From NCBI GenBank assembly GCA_039621445.1, contig CP154954.1, positions 27,865,735-27,929,734 of the forward strand: a DNA stretch of 64,000 nt. The letters are read 5' to 3'. A program made the translations under genes and the position numbers. Shown here in pieces: positions 30,483 to 42,308 of this stretch. Source of the DNA: Euglena gracilis. Its lineage: Eukaryota. How positions within the stretch are numbered: position 1 is the first letter of the stretch; every line of letters starts with the position of its first letter. A model generated the notes under the pieces. The model searched no databases, was not told the origin of the DNA, and worked only from the letters and a program-made list of their open reading frames with translations.

Positions 30483-30990
30483 ACTCAGAAAGCGCGCGTT
30501 ATGCTTTTGAATTCCGTTCGCGGAAGCAAACGTGGGGAGAGAAGGGAACGTGGGAAGAGAAAAAAAGGGGGAGAGAAGCCAGAGCGCCTCACGGAATGCG
30601 CCCAAAAGAGGACTTCAGGGCATTGATTCCTTTGCAGGGTGCTCACTATTCTGATTTCTTTCCATCTCTTCCTTCTCTCATGTTTTCCAGCGCGCTTTGT
30701 GGCCCAAAACTGCCCGGTTTGGGGTGTGGTTGGGTTGATTTTTCCATAATATCTCGACAATGAAGCAAAATAAGCCCTTGGAATGCCCTATCCAACCACG
30801 ACTTATTTTCCCCTAACTCTTTGTGTCACCATCCGAGTTACCATCCGGGTGAAATTTTGCTCCTTTTGTGAGGCTTTCTTCCTCTCACAGAAACTACCTC
30901 CAAACATGGTGAAAATTTGAGGGCTTTATCCAGAAAGCTTTAAACCTAATGTCTTCGATTTCCTAAACCCCTTGGTTTAAAACCCCAAGT

Positions 30991-31007
30991 GATTCCTTCT
31001 GTTTTAG
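30991..31007 (+). promoter_or_regulatory. Probable SL trans-splice acceptor of PHB2
   Basis: gattccttctgttttAG ends 19 nt upstream of the ATG, the expected position for an outron acceptor. Confidence 0.55.
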
Positions 31008-31026
31008 TTCTCCACCCATCCGCACA

Positions 31027-31221
31027 ATGGACCCTCAGAAGAAGTTGAAAGATTTGCAGAAGTGGGCCACCGAGTCCTTCTCCAAGAAGCCTCCTGCCGG
31101 AGGTGGTGCCATTGCGAAGGCTGTAGCAGGAATTGGCGTTGCAGCTTGCCTTGCAAATTCCTTCTTCTTCGTGGAAGGAGGACACAAGGCAATCGTCTTC
31201 AATGCCTTCTCTGGCCTTGGG
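31027..31221 (+). CDS. PHB2: Prohibitin-2 exon 1 (MDPQ...FFVEGGHKAIVFNAFSGLG)
   Basis: N-terminal hydrophobic segment, then the prohibitin motif VEGGHKAIVFN. GTATGC donor at 31222. Seven exons join into an 876-nt open frame (291 aa + TAG). Confidence 0.9.
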
Positions 31222-34200
31222 GTATGCCAAAGGTTAAGAATGTTTGTTTACTTTGATGAAGATAAAGTTACTTGTAATTGTGAGACCCTCACCCCCCCGC
31301 AAAGTGGACAAAGTTTTCTGTCAAATTTTGGTTCACCTCCCTGAAGGCCAAAATTTCACCCCCCAAAGTGTCCGGCCCCCTGGAGTGGCCGTTTCGGGTT
31401 CCGACGGTTTGGAGGTATGCCTTTGGGGGGGGGGGCGAGGGGTGTCCGGGCATTTTCTTTGGGCAAAAACAGACGTTCTCCACCCCCACAAAAAATTTTT
31501 GTAGGCGCCCTACCCCCCCCCCCAATAAAGCCCCCCCCTCGGTTTTCGACCAACGTTCCGAATAGTGCCCCCCCCCCCCCCGAATGGAATCCTCTCCCAT
31601 GGATTGTGTGTCATTTGGGACGGCGAGGTAGGGGTTGAAGGCTGAATAGATTGCCTGAATGCTAGGAACTGGGGGGGGGGGCAGGATTGACGGTTTTTTT
31701 TAAAAAAAAACAACAAAAAAAACTTTTTTTTTAAAAAAGCGCCAAAAAAAAACATGTTTTTTTGAAAAGCAAAAATTTGACCTTTTTCCTTGCGAAACCG
31801 CCATTTTTGAGGAAAATTTTTCGGGAGTGGTTCGGGTCACCGGGGGGGGGGGGGGTCACGGGGAAACACCACATTTTCGGTGGCTAAAAAATAGGAATCA
31901 CCGAAAATGATTTTTCGGGGAGAAATCCTTTTTAGGCTCCAAATTAGGAATCCCCCAACTTAAAATTGGTATTTTGACACCAAATTAGGCATCGGAGACA
32001 AGGCACAGGGGGGGGAGGGGGGGTCCGAGGGGGGGGGTTGGAAGCTGTACAGGGGGGGGGGTCCCCAGAAAATCACAACTGTACTGCCTACCCCCGAGAC
32101 AGTTGCGACATTTTTCGTCCAATTGAGGTTGGCAATGGTGGATTTTGCGAAATTCAGATGCATTTTGCAAAATATTTGTGTTTTGTAAAAAGAGTGGTAG
32201 CCAGTATTTTCACTTTAACACTTAGCAGAAAGGCAGGAAGCAGCTTCAATCACTCCCCCTTGGCACACCATGCGGAATTGAGCCAGGGTTGATGTTTTTT
32301 TTTGTTCTTCAACAAAGAACAAAAAATATGTTTTTTTCCGAAAAAACCACACAAAAACATGTTTTCTTTTTTAAAAAAAAAAACAAAAAACCAACAGAAA
32401 CAAAAAAAAAGAAAACCCCCCCCCCCCATTACCCCCTCCCCCCCCCCCCCCCCCTCCCCCCCCCGATCCCTTCCCCCGCCCCCTGGGCCCCCAATCGCCC
32501 CCCCCCCCCCCCCGCCCAACCCCCCCGCGACCCCCCCTCTCCCCCCCCCGTCCACTCCGCCCCGCCCCATACCCAAAGCCCCCCCCCCTCCCCCCCCCAC
32601 TCCCCCCCACGGGTCCCCCACTCCCCCATACCACCCCTACCCCCCCCCCAACTCCCCCCCGCGCCCATAATAACCTAAACAAGCCCCCGGTGACCGCCCC
32701 CCCCCTGCCCCCCGCCCACGCCCCAGCCCCGAGTTACACCTGTATGACCCCCCCGCGACCCGAAAATCAATCTTATGCCATTCTTTTTTAAAAGAATTTT
32801 TTTTAAGACAAAACATGATTTCTTGTAAGTAAACTTTCTTGTATCCTTGTCCGCCCAATGCACTTTCACACCCAAAAGTGGCCAAAAATCTTTTCCCCTG
32901 AAAGAAGTGCCCAAAACTGGTGCATTTCCCCACCCAAAACGGAATTTTGACCCCCCCCTTAATTGAGCATTTGGGTCCGGGAAAATTTTTTTTCATGCGC
33001 CGAAGGCGCCGAAATTTTTTTTTGCCCTATTTCTAAAGGAATTTTGACCCCCCCTTATTTGACCCCCCCCTTATTTGACCCCGCGACCCCCCCTTCGTGA
33101 CCCCCCCATGACCCCCCCCCCGCGACCCGCACCACCCCTTTAAAAAAGTATGTTTTTTTTGTTTAAAAAAAAACAAGCCGTTTTTAAAATATTTTCATCT
33201 GTCTCGGGGGGGTTGGAAGTGGGGGGGGAGGGGGGGGGTCCCGGGAGGGGGGGTTGGAACTGTACGGGGGGGGGGTCCCAAGGTTTGACCAACTGTACTG
33301 CCTTGTCCCCATCACCATTCCAAATTTTGCAAAGTTTATGCCTCAAAATTCTGAATCTACCTGAATATTTTGTCAAATTAGGCATCAACGGCCAAGTTAT
33401 TTTTCAGAAAAAAAATTGGCCGAAAAGGGTCTTAGGCCGGGTCGGGGGGGGGGGGTCACGGGGGGAATATCCCCTCTAAAGTTTTTTTCATGACATGATT
33501 TTTGGGGCCAGATTGCCTCAATGCCAGGGGCCCCGAGCGAGAAATTGGTGATGGACTTTTTGGTGGTCGGTAGCGACTACCATCACCCCCCCTGGAGGTT
33601 AGGCAGGGGTGGGGGGGGGGTTGGGGGCTTCGCCCCTAAAGGAATTTCAATGGAGAAACTTCACCGGTGAAGTTCACCGGTGAAGGTCACCGCCATGTAT
33701 TTCCAATGAAGAGGGGGGGGAGGGGGGGGTCCCGCCCGAAAAACCCAAAGTCACCGCCTGATCTCCCCTAAATGACCCCCCTCTTGTCCCGGCCCAGACC
33801 CCGGAGGGTAACTTAGGCGGGGGGGGGGTCACTTAGGGGGGGTCGGAAAAAAAGGGTGTCGGACACCCCCCACCCCTTTTTTCGGAATTTTTTTTGTGAA
33901 ATTTGTGTTCTCTGGCATCATTTCCACTAGAAGGAAAACTCACGACTCTGAAAATCTCAAAAAAATCGGTCGTTTTTGAAGACTTTTTTCTTGAAAAAAT
34001 TTCCATTGTCTGGGCCGGGACCCCGGAGGGTCATTTAGGGGGGGGGGGTCGTTTAGGGGGGGGGGTAATGGTAGTCGCCACCGACCATGGTCGCTAGCGA
34101 CCATTTTCTAGCGAATAATCACTAGCGACCATTGGTCGGGCCGACTAGTCGGCCCGACCACCATTTTTAGTCCACCCCCCCCTCTAAAAAAGTTTTTAAC

Positions 34201-34754
34201 CCCCCCCCCCTCCAAAAAAATTTCATTCAAATGACTCGAAACCCACCCAAATGCCCCAGAAACTCCCATTCGGGGTCCATTTGCAAAAAATTTTGGGTAA
34301 TATCTTCTTTTTGATCCAGTTCTGTGAAACTTGGGAGTGAAGGGGCTCCGTGCGGAAAATCGTGGGTTACCAAATTGCGGGTCGGGCCGACCTGACCGGC
34401 CCGACCTGTGGGTGCTTATCGACCTGTGTTGGTCGGGCCGACCAGGTCGGGCCGACCCACAATATTCCGCACTACCCCCCCCCTTCTGGAGATTTAAGCC
34501 CCCCCTGAAAAAAAACGTTTATCCAAATCACCCCAAAACCAGTAAAAACCCACTTAAATGGCTTGAGAACACCCCAATCGGGGGTGAATATGCAAAAACT
34601 TGGGGGGGGGGGGAATGCCCAAAAAGGGGTCGCACCGTCAAATAGGGGGTGCTTCAGCACAGAATCCCCCCGGGCAGTCAATTAGGGGGTTGAAAAAATT
34701 TTCCTGGGGCGTTTGGTCAATTATTAGAGGGGGGTTTGAATTAGGGGGGGAGGT

Positions 34755-35345
34755 GGTAACAAAATCCCTTTGCTGCCGGACCGTTTTGTGAGCATGCGCA
34801 ATCAGACACCCATTGTCGGAGTGCGCCTTCAGCGCCCTTGGTCGTCTAGCGGGGGGGGGACGGGGCTGCCACCCCCCGCCCCCCCCGCCCCCCCAATAAC
34901 AAAATCCCTTTGGTCGTCTAGGGGGGGGGGGGGGGCTGCCGCCCCCCCCCCCGCACCCCCCCGCCCCCCAATAACAAAATCCCTTTGGTGCCGGACCGTT
35001 TTGTGTGCATGCGCAATCAGACACGCATTGTCAGAGGGCGCCTTCGGCGCCCTTGGTCGTCTAGCGGGGGGGGGGGGTTGCCGCCCCCCCCCCCCGCACC
35101 CCCCCCCCGCCCCCAATGACAAAATCCCTTTTCTGCCGGACCGTTTTGTGTGCATGCGCAATCAGACACCCATTGTCGCAGGCGCCTTCAGCGCCCTTGG
35201 TCGTCTAGCCGGGGGGGGGGGCTGCGGCCCCCCCCCCCGCACCCCCCCCCCGCACCTCCCCCCGCCCCCCAATAACAAAATCCCTTCGCTGCCGGACCGT
35301 TTTGTGAGCATCCGCAATCAGACACCGATTGTCGGATGGCGCCTT
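34755..35345. repeat. Tandem ~165-bp repeat (taacaaaatccctt...ccggaccgttttgtg...aatcagacac)
   Basis: About four diverged copies visible. Confidence 0.75.
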
Positions 35346-35360
35346 CGCCCTTGGTCGTCT

Positions 35361-35531
35361 AACCCGGAGCCCAACCCCAACCCTAACCCGAAACCCTAAA
35401 CCAAACCCTAACCTTGAACGTAACCCGAACCCTAACCCTAAACCAAACCCTAAACCTTAAACGTAACCTGAACCCTAACCCCAACCCTAACCCGAAACCC
35501 TAACCCTGTACCAAACCCTAATCCAAACCCT
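35361..35531 (+). repeat. Degenerate interstitial telomere-like (CCCTAA)n tract
   Basis: Repeated aaccctaa/aacccgaa units that resume after 37382. A short reverse tract lies at ~39720-39752. Confidence 0.7.
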
Positions 35532-35536
35532 GGCCC

Positions 35537-37373
35537 GGTCCTAGGCGGTAGACTGGGGGGGGGGGTCCTGGGTGGTCGGCCGACTAGTCGGCCGACCACC
35601 CAATTGGTCGGCCGACTAGGCCTGGTCGGCAGCTAGTCGGCGAGACAGGGGGGGGGGGGTCCTGGGTGGTCGGCGGACTAGTCGGCCGACCACCCACTCT
35701 AATGTAGTTACGGGCCAGTCTCGCCGACTTTTTATGAAGAAAATTGTATGCAAACTAGTCGGTGGCTAGTCGGTGGGCATAAAAATGGTCTGTGGCGGGT
35801 CCAAACCACCCGGAAATGGTCCGGATGGGGCCAAATAAGTGCCTTACACCAACAGGAACACCCTCAGATGGAAATTTTTGGTCGGTGGGGGGTCGGTGGG
35901 CCCTTGATGGGGTCCGGAGGGGTAAAAAACCAATGACGAAACAGGGATTACATGAAAATCCTTTAGAAATGCAAGCATTCTGCATCAGGACAGGCTGAAA
36001 ACTCCCCCCTCCACCCCCACCCGAGCCCAGATAACAAAATCCCTTCTATGTTGGCAACATACTCAGGGGCTAAGTCGTTTTTGTGGCTCACTTTGGCATA
36101 GGCGGGGGGGGCTCCGCCCCCCCCCGCACCAACCCCCTCAAATAACAAAACCCCTACCATGTTGGCAACAGACTCCCGCGCTAAGTCGGTATTCTGCCTC
36201 ACTTTGGCATAGGCGGGGGGGCTCCGCCCCCCCCGCACCCCCCCCCTCAAATAACAAAATCCCTTCTATGTTGGCAACATACTCCGGGGTTAAGTCGTTT
36301 TTGTGGCTCACTTTGGCATAGGCGGGGGGGGGCTCCGCCCCCCCCGCACCCCCCCCCCTCAAATAACAAAATCCCTTCTATGTTGGCAACATACTCAGGG
36401 CGTTTTTGTGGCTCCCCCCATAAGGGGGGGGGAAAAACCAAAATCCCCTTCGGTCAAATCACTGGCAAATGGAACACCCAAAATTACAAAATCGTCCCCT
36501 TGTTGGGCCATGGGGGAGGTAAGTCCTGCAATTCCCCCACCCTCCTACCAATTCTTTTTGCACTTGCATTTTTCTCAGAAGCACATCCCCCTATTATTCA
36601 CATTGGGTGACTATGGGCCGACAAGGGGGCAAAAATGGGGTCATTTAGGAAATTTTTCATAGAAAAATCAAATTAAAAAATACTTTCTCACAAAAAATGA
36701 AAGTCAAAGCATTGCAAATTTCCTCCCAAATAACAGAAATAAAACAAACAATTTTTGACATACTCGGGGGCAAAGTCTTGTGGCTCCCTTTGGCATAGGC
36801 GGGGGGGCTCCCCCCCCCCGCACCCCCCCCTCAAATAACAATCCCTTCTATGTTGGCAACATACTCCTTAATCGTTTTTGTGGCTAAATTTGACATAGGC
36901 GGGGGGGCACCCCCCCCGAACCCCCCCCCCTCAAATAACAAATCCCTTCTATGTTGGCAAATACTACTTGGAGGGCTAAGTCCTTTTGTGCAAATTTGAC
37001 TTATATTTCTTATACAACGGATAGAGGTGTTCTTTTGCCAAAAGTGGCCCAAAATGGACATTTCCCCCCAATTTTTTTGCATATTGACCCCCGATTGGGG
37101 GGTTCTGGAGCCATTTGGGTGGGTTTTGACTGGTTTTGGGGTGATTTGGACAAAAATTTTTCTCAGGGGGGGGGGCTTAAAAGTCGGGGAAACTGGCCCG
37201 TAACTACATTAGGGTGGGTGGTCGGCCGACTAGTCGGCCGACCACCCAGGACCCCCCCCCCCTGTCTCGCCGACTAGCTGCCGACCAGGCCTAGTCGGCC
37301 GACCAATTGGGTGGTCGGCCGACTAGTCGGCCGACCACCCAGGACCCCCCCCCCCAGTCCACCGTTTCCCACT
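35537..37373. mobile_element. Non-autonomous long-TIR (Mutator-like) element, ~200-bp TIRs, 9-bp TSD CCCTGGCCC
   Basis: 35546-35734 is the reverse complement of ~37178-37364. Candidate TSD at 35528-35536 and 37374-37382. Interior contains ~120-bp tandem repeats. Confidence 0.68.
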
Positions 37374-38687
37374 CCCTGGCCCAAACCCTAACCCCAACCC
37401 CAACCCTGACCCAGTTTGCATCATACATTTCTATCACATCAGCAAAGCTTTTCCAACAGCTCCATTCTATAAAAAAAAGAAGCTCTGTCAAAAAATAAAC
37501 AGCTCCATTCTGAAAAAAAGAAGCTCTGACAAAAAAGACCATCCAAAAAAACCCGGAGAACTGGAGTGGCCGGGGACCCGCCTGAAAAGAAAACCCCGTG
37601 CCAGAAAAAAAAGGAGTTTACAAAGGTCAAAGGCGGGTCAGCACCACAGTTTGTGGGGCTGGGCAGCCGTGGGCCAAAGGCCCTAAGAAAGGAGCTTTGG
37701 CGGGGGGGGGGGGGGGGGGGGGGGCCCGAGGTCAGTTTTTTTTGCATTTTTTGACACTTTTTGCTGTACTGTCTCAAACACAGGGGGGGGGGGTCCTGGG
37801 GTCCCAACTGTACTGCCAACCCCCCCAAAAATTGGCCAAAAACCGGCGCCGAAGGCGCCAGAAAAAAATTTTAGGGCCTTTTTTTGGTCCAAAAAGGCCA
37901 TTTTTGGTGTCAAAATTTTCACATGTCTCGGACCGTTCGGCACTGGGGGGGGGGGTCCCAAAAATCCCAACTGTACAGGGGGGGGAGGGGGGGTCCCCAA
38001 AAAACCCCAACTGTACTGCCGTCGCCCCAAAGCCCGGGAGGGCGCCTTTTTCTTAATTAATCGAATAATAATCGAATAATAATCGATTAATCGTTCGCCC
38101 CGATTAATTGTTCGGTCGTGTAATTGAGCAACCCCGCCGAGCCCCCCCCCCCAATTGCAATTGTACCCCCCGGCCGGAGCCCACAAGGGTGCCGTTGGGG
38201 GAGGGTAGTTTCATGCTGGCGATTTTGGGGCAGTTTTGGTTGTTGTCCAATTTTTTCCCGCCAAAGACTCGGTGCGCCGTTTGCCGAAACTCCTCCCTCC
38301 CCCGACTCCCCTCCCCCCTTTGCCTAACGGGCCACAAAAAATTCTGACCACCAAAAGAATGACCCGAAAACATTGGTTTTCCAACAGTTTTTCATTGCTT
38401 TGTGGAGATAAGGTATGGGTGAGGTAAGGGAAGAAGGCCATCGACCTCGATGCAGCCTAGAATAATCTAAACACTGGAAATTCGGAATTTGCCCATCAAG
38501 TGTCAAATGCTGAATTCGGAATTTGCCACCCAAAATTTGGAACTGGCACACCAAATTTGGCTGCCGCTCAAAATTGGTTTAACAACATGACCCGGTTTTC
38601 GTCACGCTTTCGTCATTGTTGGTGGAGGCTACATTTTTTTGCCCATTTGAAGTCATCCTTTACCAATTTTTGTCCATTTTTCTACAC

Positions 38688-38801
38688 ACAAATTGTGGCT
38701 GAGCCCAGATTTCAGCCTGAAAACGTGTTCAGGGGCCCCCTTCGGGGGCCCTCCTGCTGAACACGTTTTCAGGCTGAAATCTGGGCTCAGCCACAATTTG
38801 T
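38688..38801. repeat. ~114-bp palindrome, copy 1 (others at 39934-40046 and within 40765-40985)
   Basis: acaaattgtggctgagcccagatttcagcctgaaaacgtgttcag arm and its exact reverse complement. Confidence 0.9.
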
Positions 38802-40097
38802 TTAAAAACGTTTTCAGAGCCCGCCAAATGCCTGCCCTGATTGTGGTCATGATTCACGCCAAGGGAGAAAAACGCGAAAACGTGAAATTCGGTCCGAAAA
38901 AAAAGCGCTCTAATGGAAAACGTGCCTTGCCACAGATGCCCTAATGGAAAACGTGTCATTGCACAGATGCCCTCATGGAAAACGTGTTACCCCTCCCCCA
39001 TGACTAAACCCACCGCAAACTTTGTGAGCACCGTGAAGCGTGGAAAAAATTGATGACCACCACTGGCCATCTGTTGAAAAGAGCTTTCAATCGATGGGTA
39101 ACTTGGTACCCAAACGTTGCAAGCAGCCCGAGATCGTCAGATCGGCCAGAATCTGAGTCGAAATTTGTGGTGGTTTTGGGTGCTGCTTGGTTTAAAATGC
39201 TTAACGAACCATACAGAAACGATTTTTCTATTCGAATTGAGGAAATCTGGGGTCCACGGAGGTACAAGATTTGTGAAATTAGGATTTCCCAGTGACAGGA
39301 AACAACAGTACCAGGCGGCGTGGCTGAATTTGGTGGTTGTCACTAGTTGTTTGATGAGCAGAGCTTTCGGATGAGGGGTGAGTTTGTACCTGAACAATTT
39401 TCACAGTAAGAGATATGATCGTCGAAATTTGTCCGAATGCATTTTCGGACGATTTTCCGTCTTACACGTGATTTCCACAAATGCCCTAATGGAAAACGTG
39501 CCATTGCCACAGATGCCATAATGGAAAACGCGTCACTGCCACAGATGCCCTAATGGAAAACGTGTTCATGACCATAAATTTCAGGGCAGGCATTTGGCAG
39601 GCTGAACACATTTTTAAATTTCAGCTTATCTTTTTTGACAACACCCCGGCTTCACGCTCAACCTGGGGTTCTGAACCCCGATTCGGTCGTGAAGCCGGGG
39701 CCCCCTGTACAGTTTGAGGATTGGGGTTTGGGTCAGGGTCAGGGTTAGGGTTACGTTTGTTGCTTGCCCACCCAAACAAAACACTGGTGACCCAAAGAGG
39801 GGGGTCCGACTTTCCCCCTGGGTGATTTTCACTCTTCATGTAAAGGAGACTAGGCAGAGGGGGGGTGAGGGGCGCCAATTTTTGTGGCTGGGGTGCCCGG
39901 CGCAGGCCACATTTTGGCCTTTTTTTTCTATACACAAATTGTGGCTGAGCCCAGATTTCAGCCTGAAAACGTGTTCAGCCAGGGGCCCCCGAAGGGGGCC
40001 CCTGAACACGTTTTCAGGCTGAAATCTGGGCTCAGCCACAATTTGTTTAAAAACGTTTTCAGAGCCCGCCAAATGCCTGCCCTGAAATTCAAAAATC

Positions 40098-42308
40098 CAA
40101 AAATCCAAATTGTGTGGAGCTGAACAAAGTTGTCTGTGACGCCAAACAAACAAAGTTGTCTGTGAACAAAGTTGTCTGTGATTGGCATATCATTTTCATT
40201 GCCAAGATTTGGCAAAGGAGCCAAAGTATGGCTCTTTTGTGTCAAGAAACTGTGTTCGGGCCAAGACTTAGGGGGAGCCCAGGGGCGGGGACCGCGACGC
40301 CGAAGGCGCCGCGGTCGCCCCTGGGCCCCCCTAAAACCTTGGCCCAAAACACTGTTCTTGTTTGAAACCGTGTTTTGGGCGAAGATTTAAGACTTTTAAA
40401 GTCTCGAAATCGGCCCAAACACAGTTTCTTTGTGTAAAGCGTGTCGTGTGCCGTGATGTCCGCCACTCTGTTTCGTTGTGCTCCAAGGCAACCTAGCCTT
40501 CTGTTGTGTTGTAGAGTGCCCCCGACCCGCCTCACTCGTTGAGGACCACCCGGCCTCGCAACCACACGCCGATTTTTCATGATAGTGTTTTTTGCTTTTT
40601 ACTCAGGGTTGCCACAGATGCCCTCACTGAAAACGTGCCTGAACCCGGATGCCTTCACTGAAAACGTGTCATTGACACAAATGCCCTCATTGAAAACGTG
40701 CCTGAACCCGGATGCCTTCACTGAAAACGTGTCATTGCCACAAATGCCCTCATTGAAAACATGTTCATGACCACGAATTTCAGGGCAGGCATTTGGCGGG
40801 CTCTGAAAACGTTTTTAAACAAATTGTGGCTGAGCCCAGATTTCAGCCTGAAAACGTGTTCAGCCAGGGGCCCCCGAAGGGGGCCCCTGAACACGTTTTC
40901 AGGCTGAAATCTGGGCTCAGCCACAATTTGTTTAAAAACGTTTTCAGAGCCCGCCAAATGCCTGCCCTGAAATTCGTGGTCATGATTCACGCAAGGGGTC
41001 AAAAACGCCAATTTGTGAAATTCGGACCCAAAAAACGGCGCCCTCACTGAAAACGTGCCTGAACCCGGATGCCTTCACTGAAAACGTGTCATTGACACAA
41101 ATGCCCTCACTGAAAACGTGCCTGAACCCGGATGCCTTCACTGAAAACGTGTCATTGCCACAAATGCCCTCACTGAAAACGTGTCACCCCCCCCCTTTTT
41201 TTTCTTTTTTTCTTTTTTCCCGCAGCCCTGCCAATATGGCCAAACGCACGGCAAACTTTGTGAATGGTCTTTTGCCACCTCCCCCTAGGACGGACCCCCT
41301 TCATGGCACCTTGCTGGCACAGGGCAACACAAAGAAAAAGTCCGGCTCCGTAGGTGCAAAGCTTGCTGCTGTTGCCAACTGTTTGGAGTTCGCCAAACTG
41401 TGTCAACATCGGCAAGCCTGTTATCCTGAGCTGGATGCTTTCTTTGTTGCCTGGACGGGATGGGAGCTGGAACCCAGCCTGTTGTTCGATGAGGCGAGCG
41501 TCATCGAACAGTGTGTGGTCCCCTGACCAACCCCCTGTGCCTCGTGCTGTGTCCCGACTGCCAATAAAACACGAGAAATGTGGTTTTTGTGGTGTTGCCA
41601 TTCCCAAAAATCCAAATTGTGTGGAGCTGAACAAAGTTGTCTGTGACGCCAAACAAACAAAGTTGTCTGTGAACAAAGTTGTCTGTGATTGGCATATCAT
41701 TTTCATTGCCAAGATTTGGCAAAGGAGCCAAAGTATGGTTCTTTTGTGTCAAGAAACTGTGTTCGGGCCAAGACTTAGGGGGAGCCCAGGGGCGGGGACC
41801 GCGACGCCGAAGGCGCCGCGGTCGCCCCTGGGCCCCCCTAAAACCTTGGCCCAAAACACTGTTCTTGTTTGAAACCGTGTTTTGGGCGAAGATTTAAGAC
41901 TTTTAAAGTCTCGAAATCGGCCCAAACACGGTTTCTTTGTGTAAAGCGTGTCGTGTGCCGTGATGTCCGCCACTCTGTTTCGTTGTGCTCCAAGGCAACC
42001 TAGCCTTCTGTTGTGTTGTAGAGTGCCCCCGACCCGCCTCACTCGTTGAGGACCACCCGGCCTCGCAACCACACGCCGATTTTTCATGATAGTGTTTTTT
42101 GCTTTTTACTCAGGGTTGCCACAGATGCCCTCACTGAAAACGTGCCTGAACCCGGATGCCTTCACTGAAAACGTGTCATTGACACAAATGCCCTCATTGA
42201 AAACGTGCCTGAACCCGGATGCCTTCACTGAAAACGTGTCATTGCCACAAATGCCCTCATTGAAAACGTGTTCATGACCACGAATTTCAGGGCAGGCATT
42301 TGGCGGGC
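40098..42308. repeat. ~700-bp direct repeat pair (40098-40801 and 41605-42308, offset 1507)
   Basis: Near-identical sequence; duplicated spurious ORFs at 40579 and 42086. Confidence 0.85.
40765..40985. repeat. ~220-bp near-perfect palindrome (extended copy 3)
   Basis: Arms run from tcatgaccacgaattt to aaattcgtggtcatga. Confidence 0.9.

Noticed and set aside
32290-33130. Poly-Pro/poly-Gly ORFs and G-quadruplex-like runs
   Set aside because: Intronic homopolymer-rich sequence typical of poor long-read consensus, with no coding signal.
35361-35531. True telomere or chromosome end
   Set aside because: Short, degenerate and located inside an intron.
36030-36960. CRISPR-like repeat-spacer array
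   Set aside because: The spacers are themselves repeated, the context is eukaryotic, and there are no cas genes. It is an ordinary tandem repeat.
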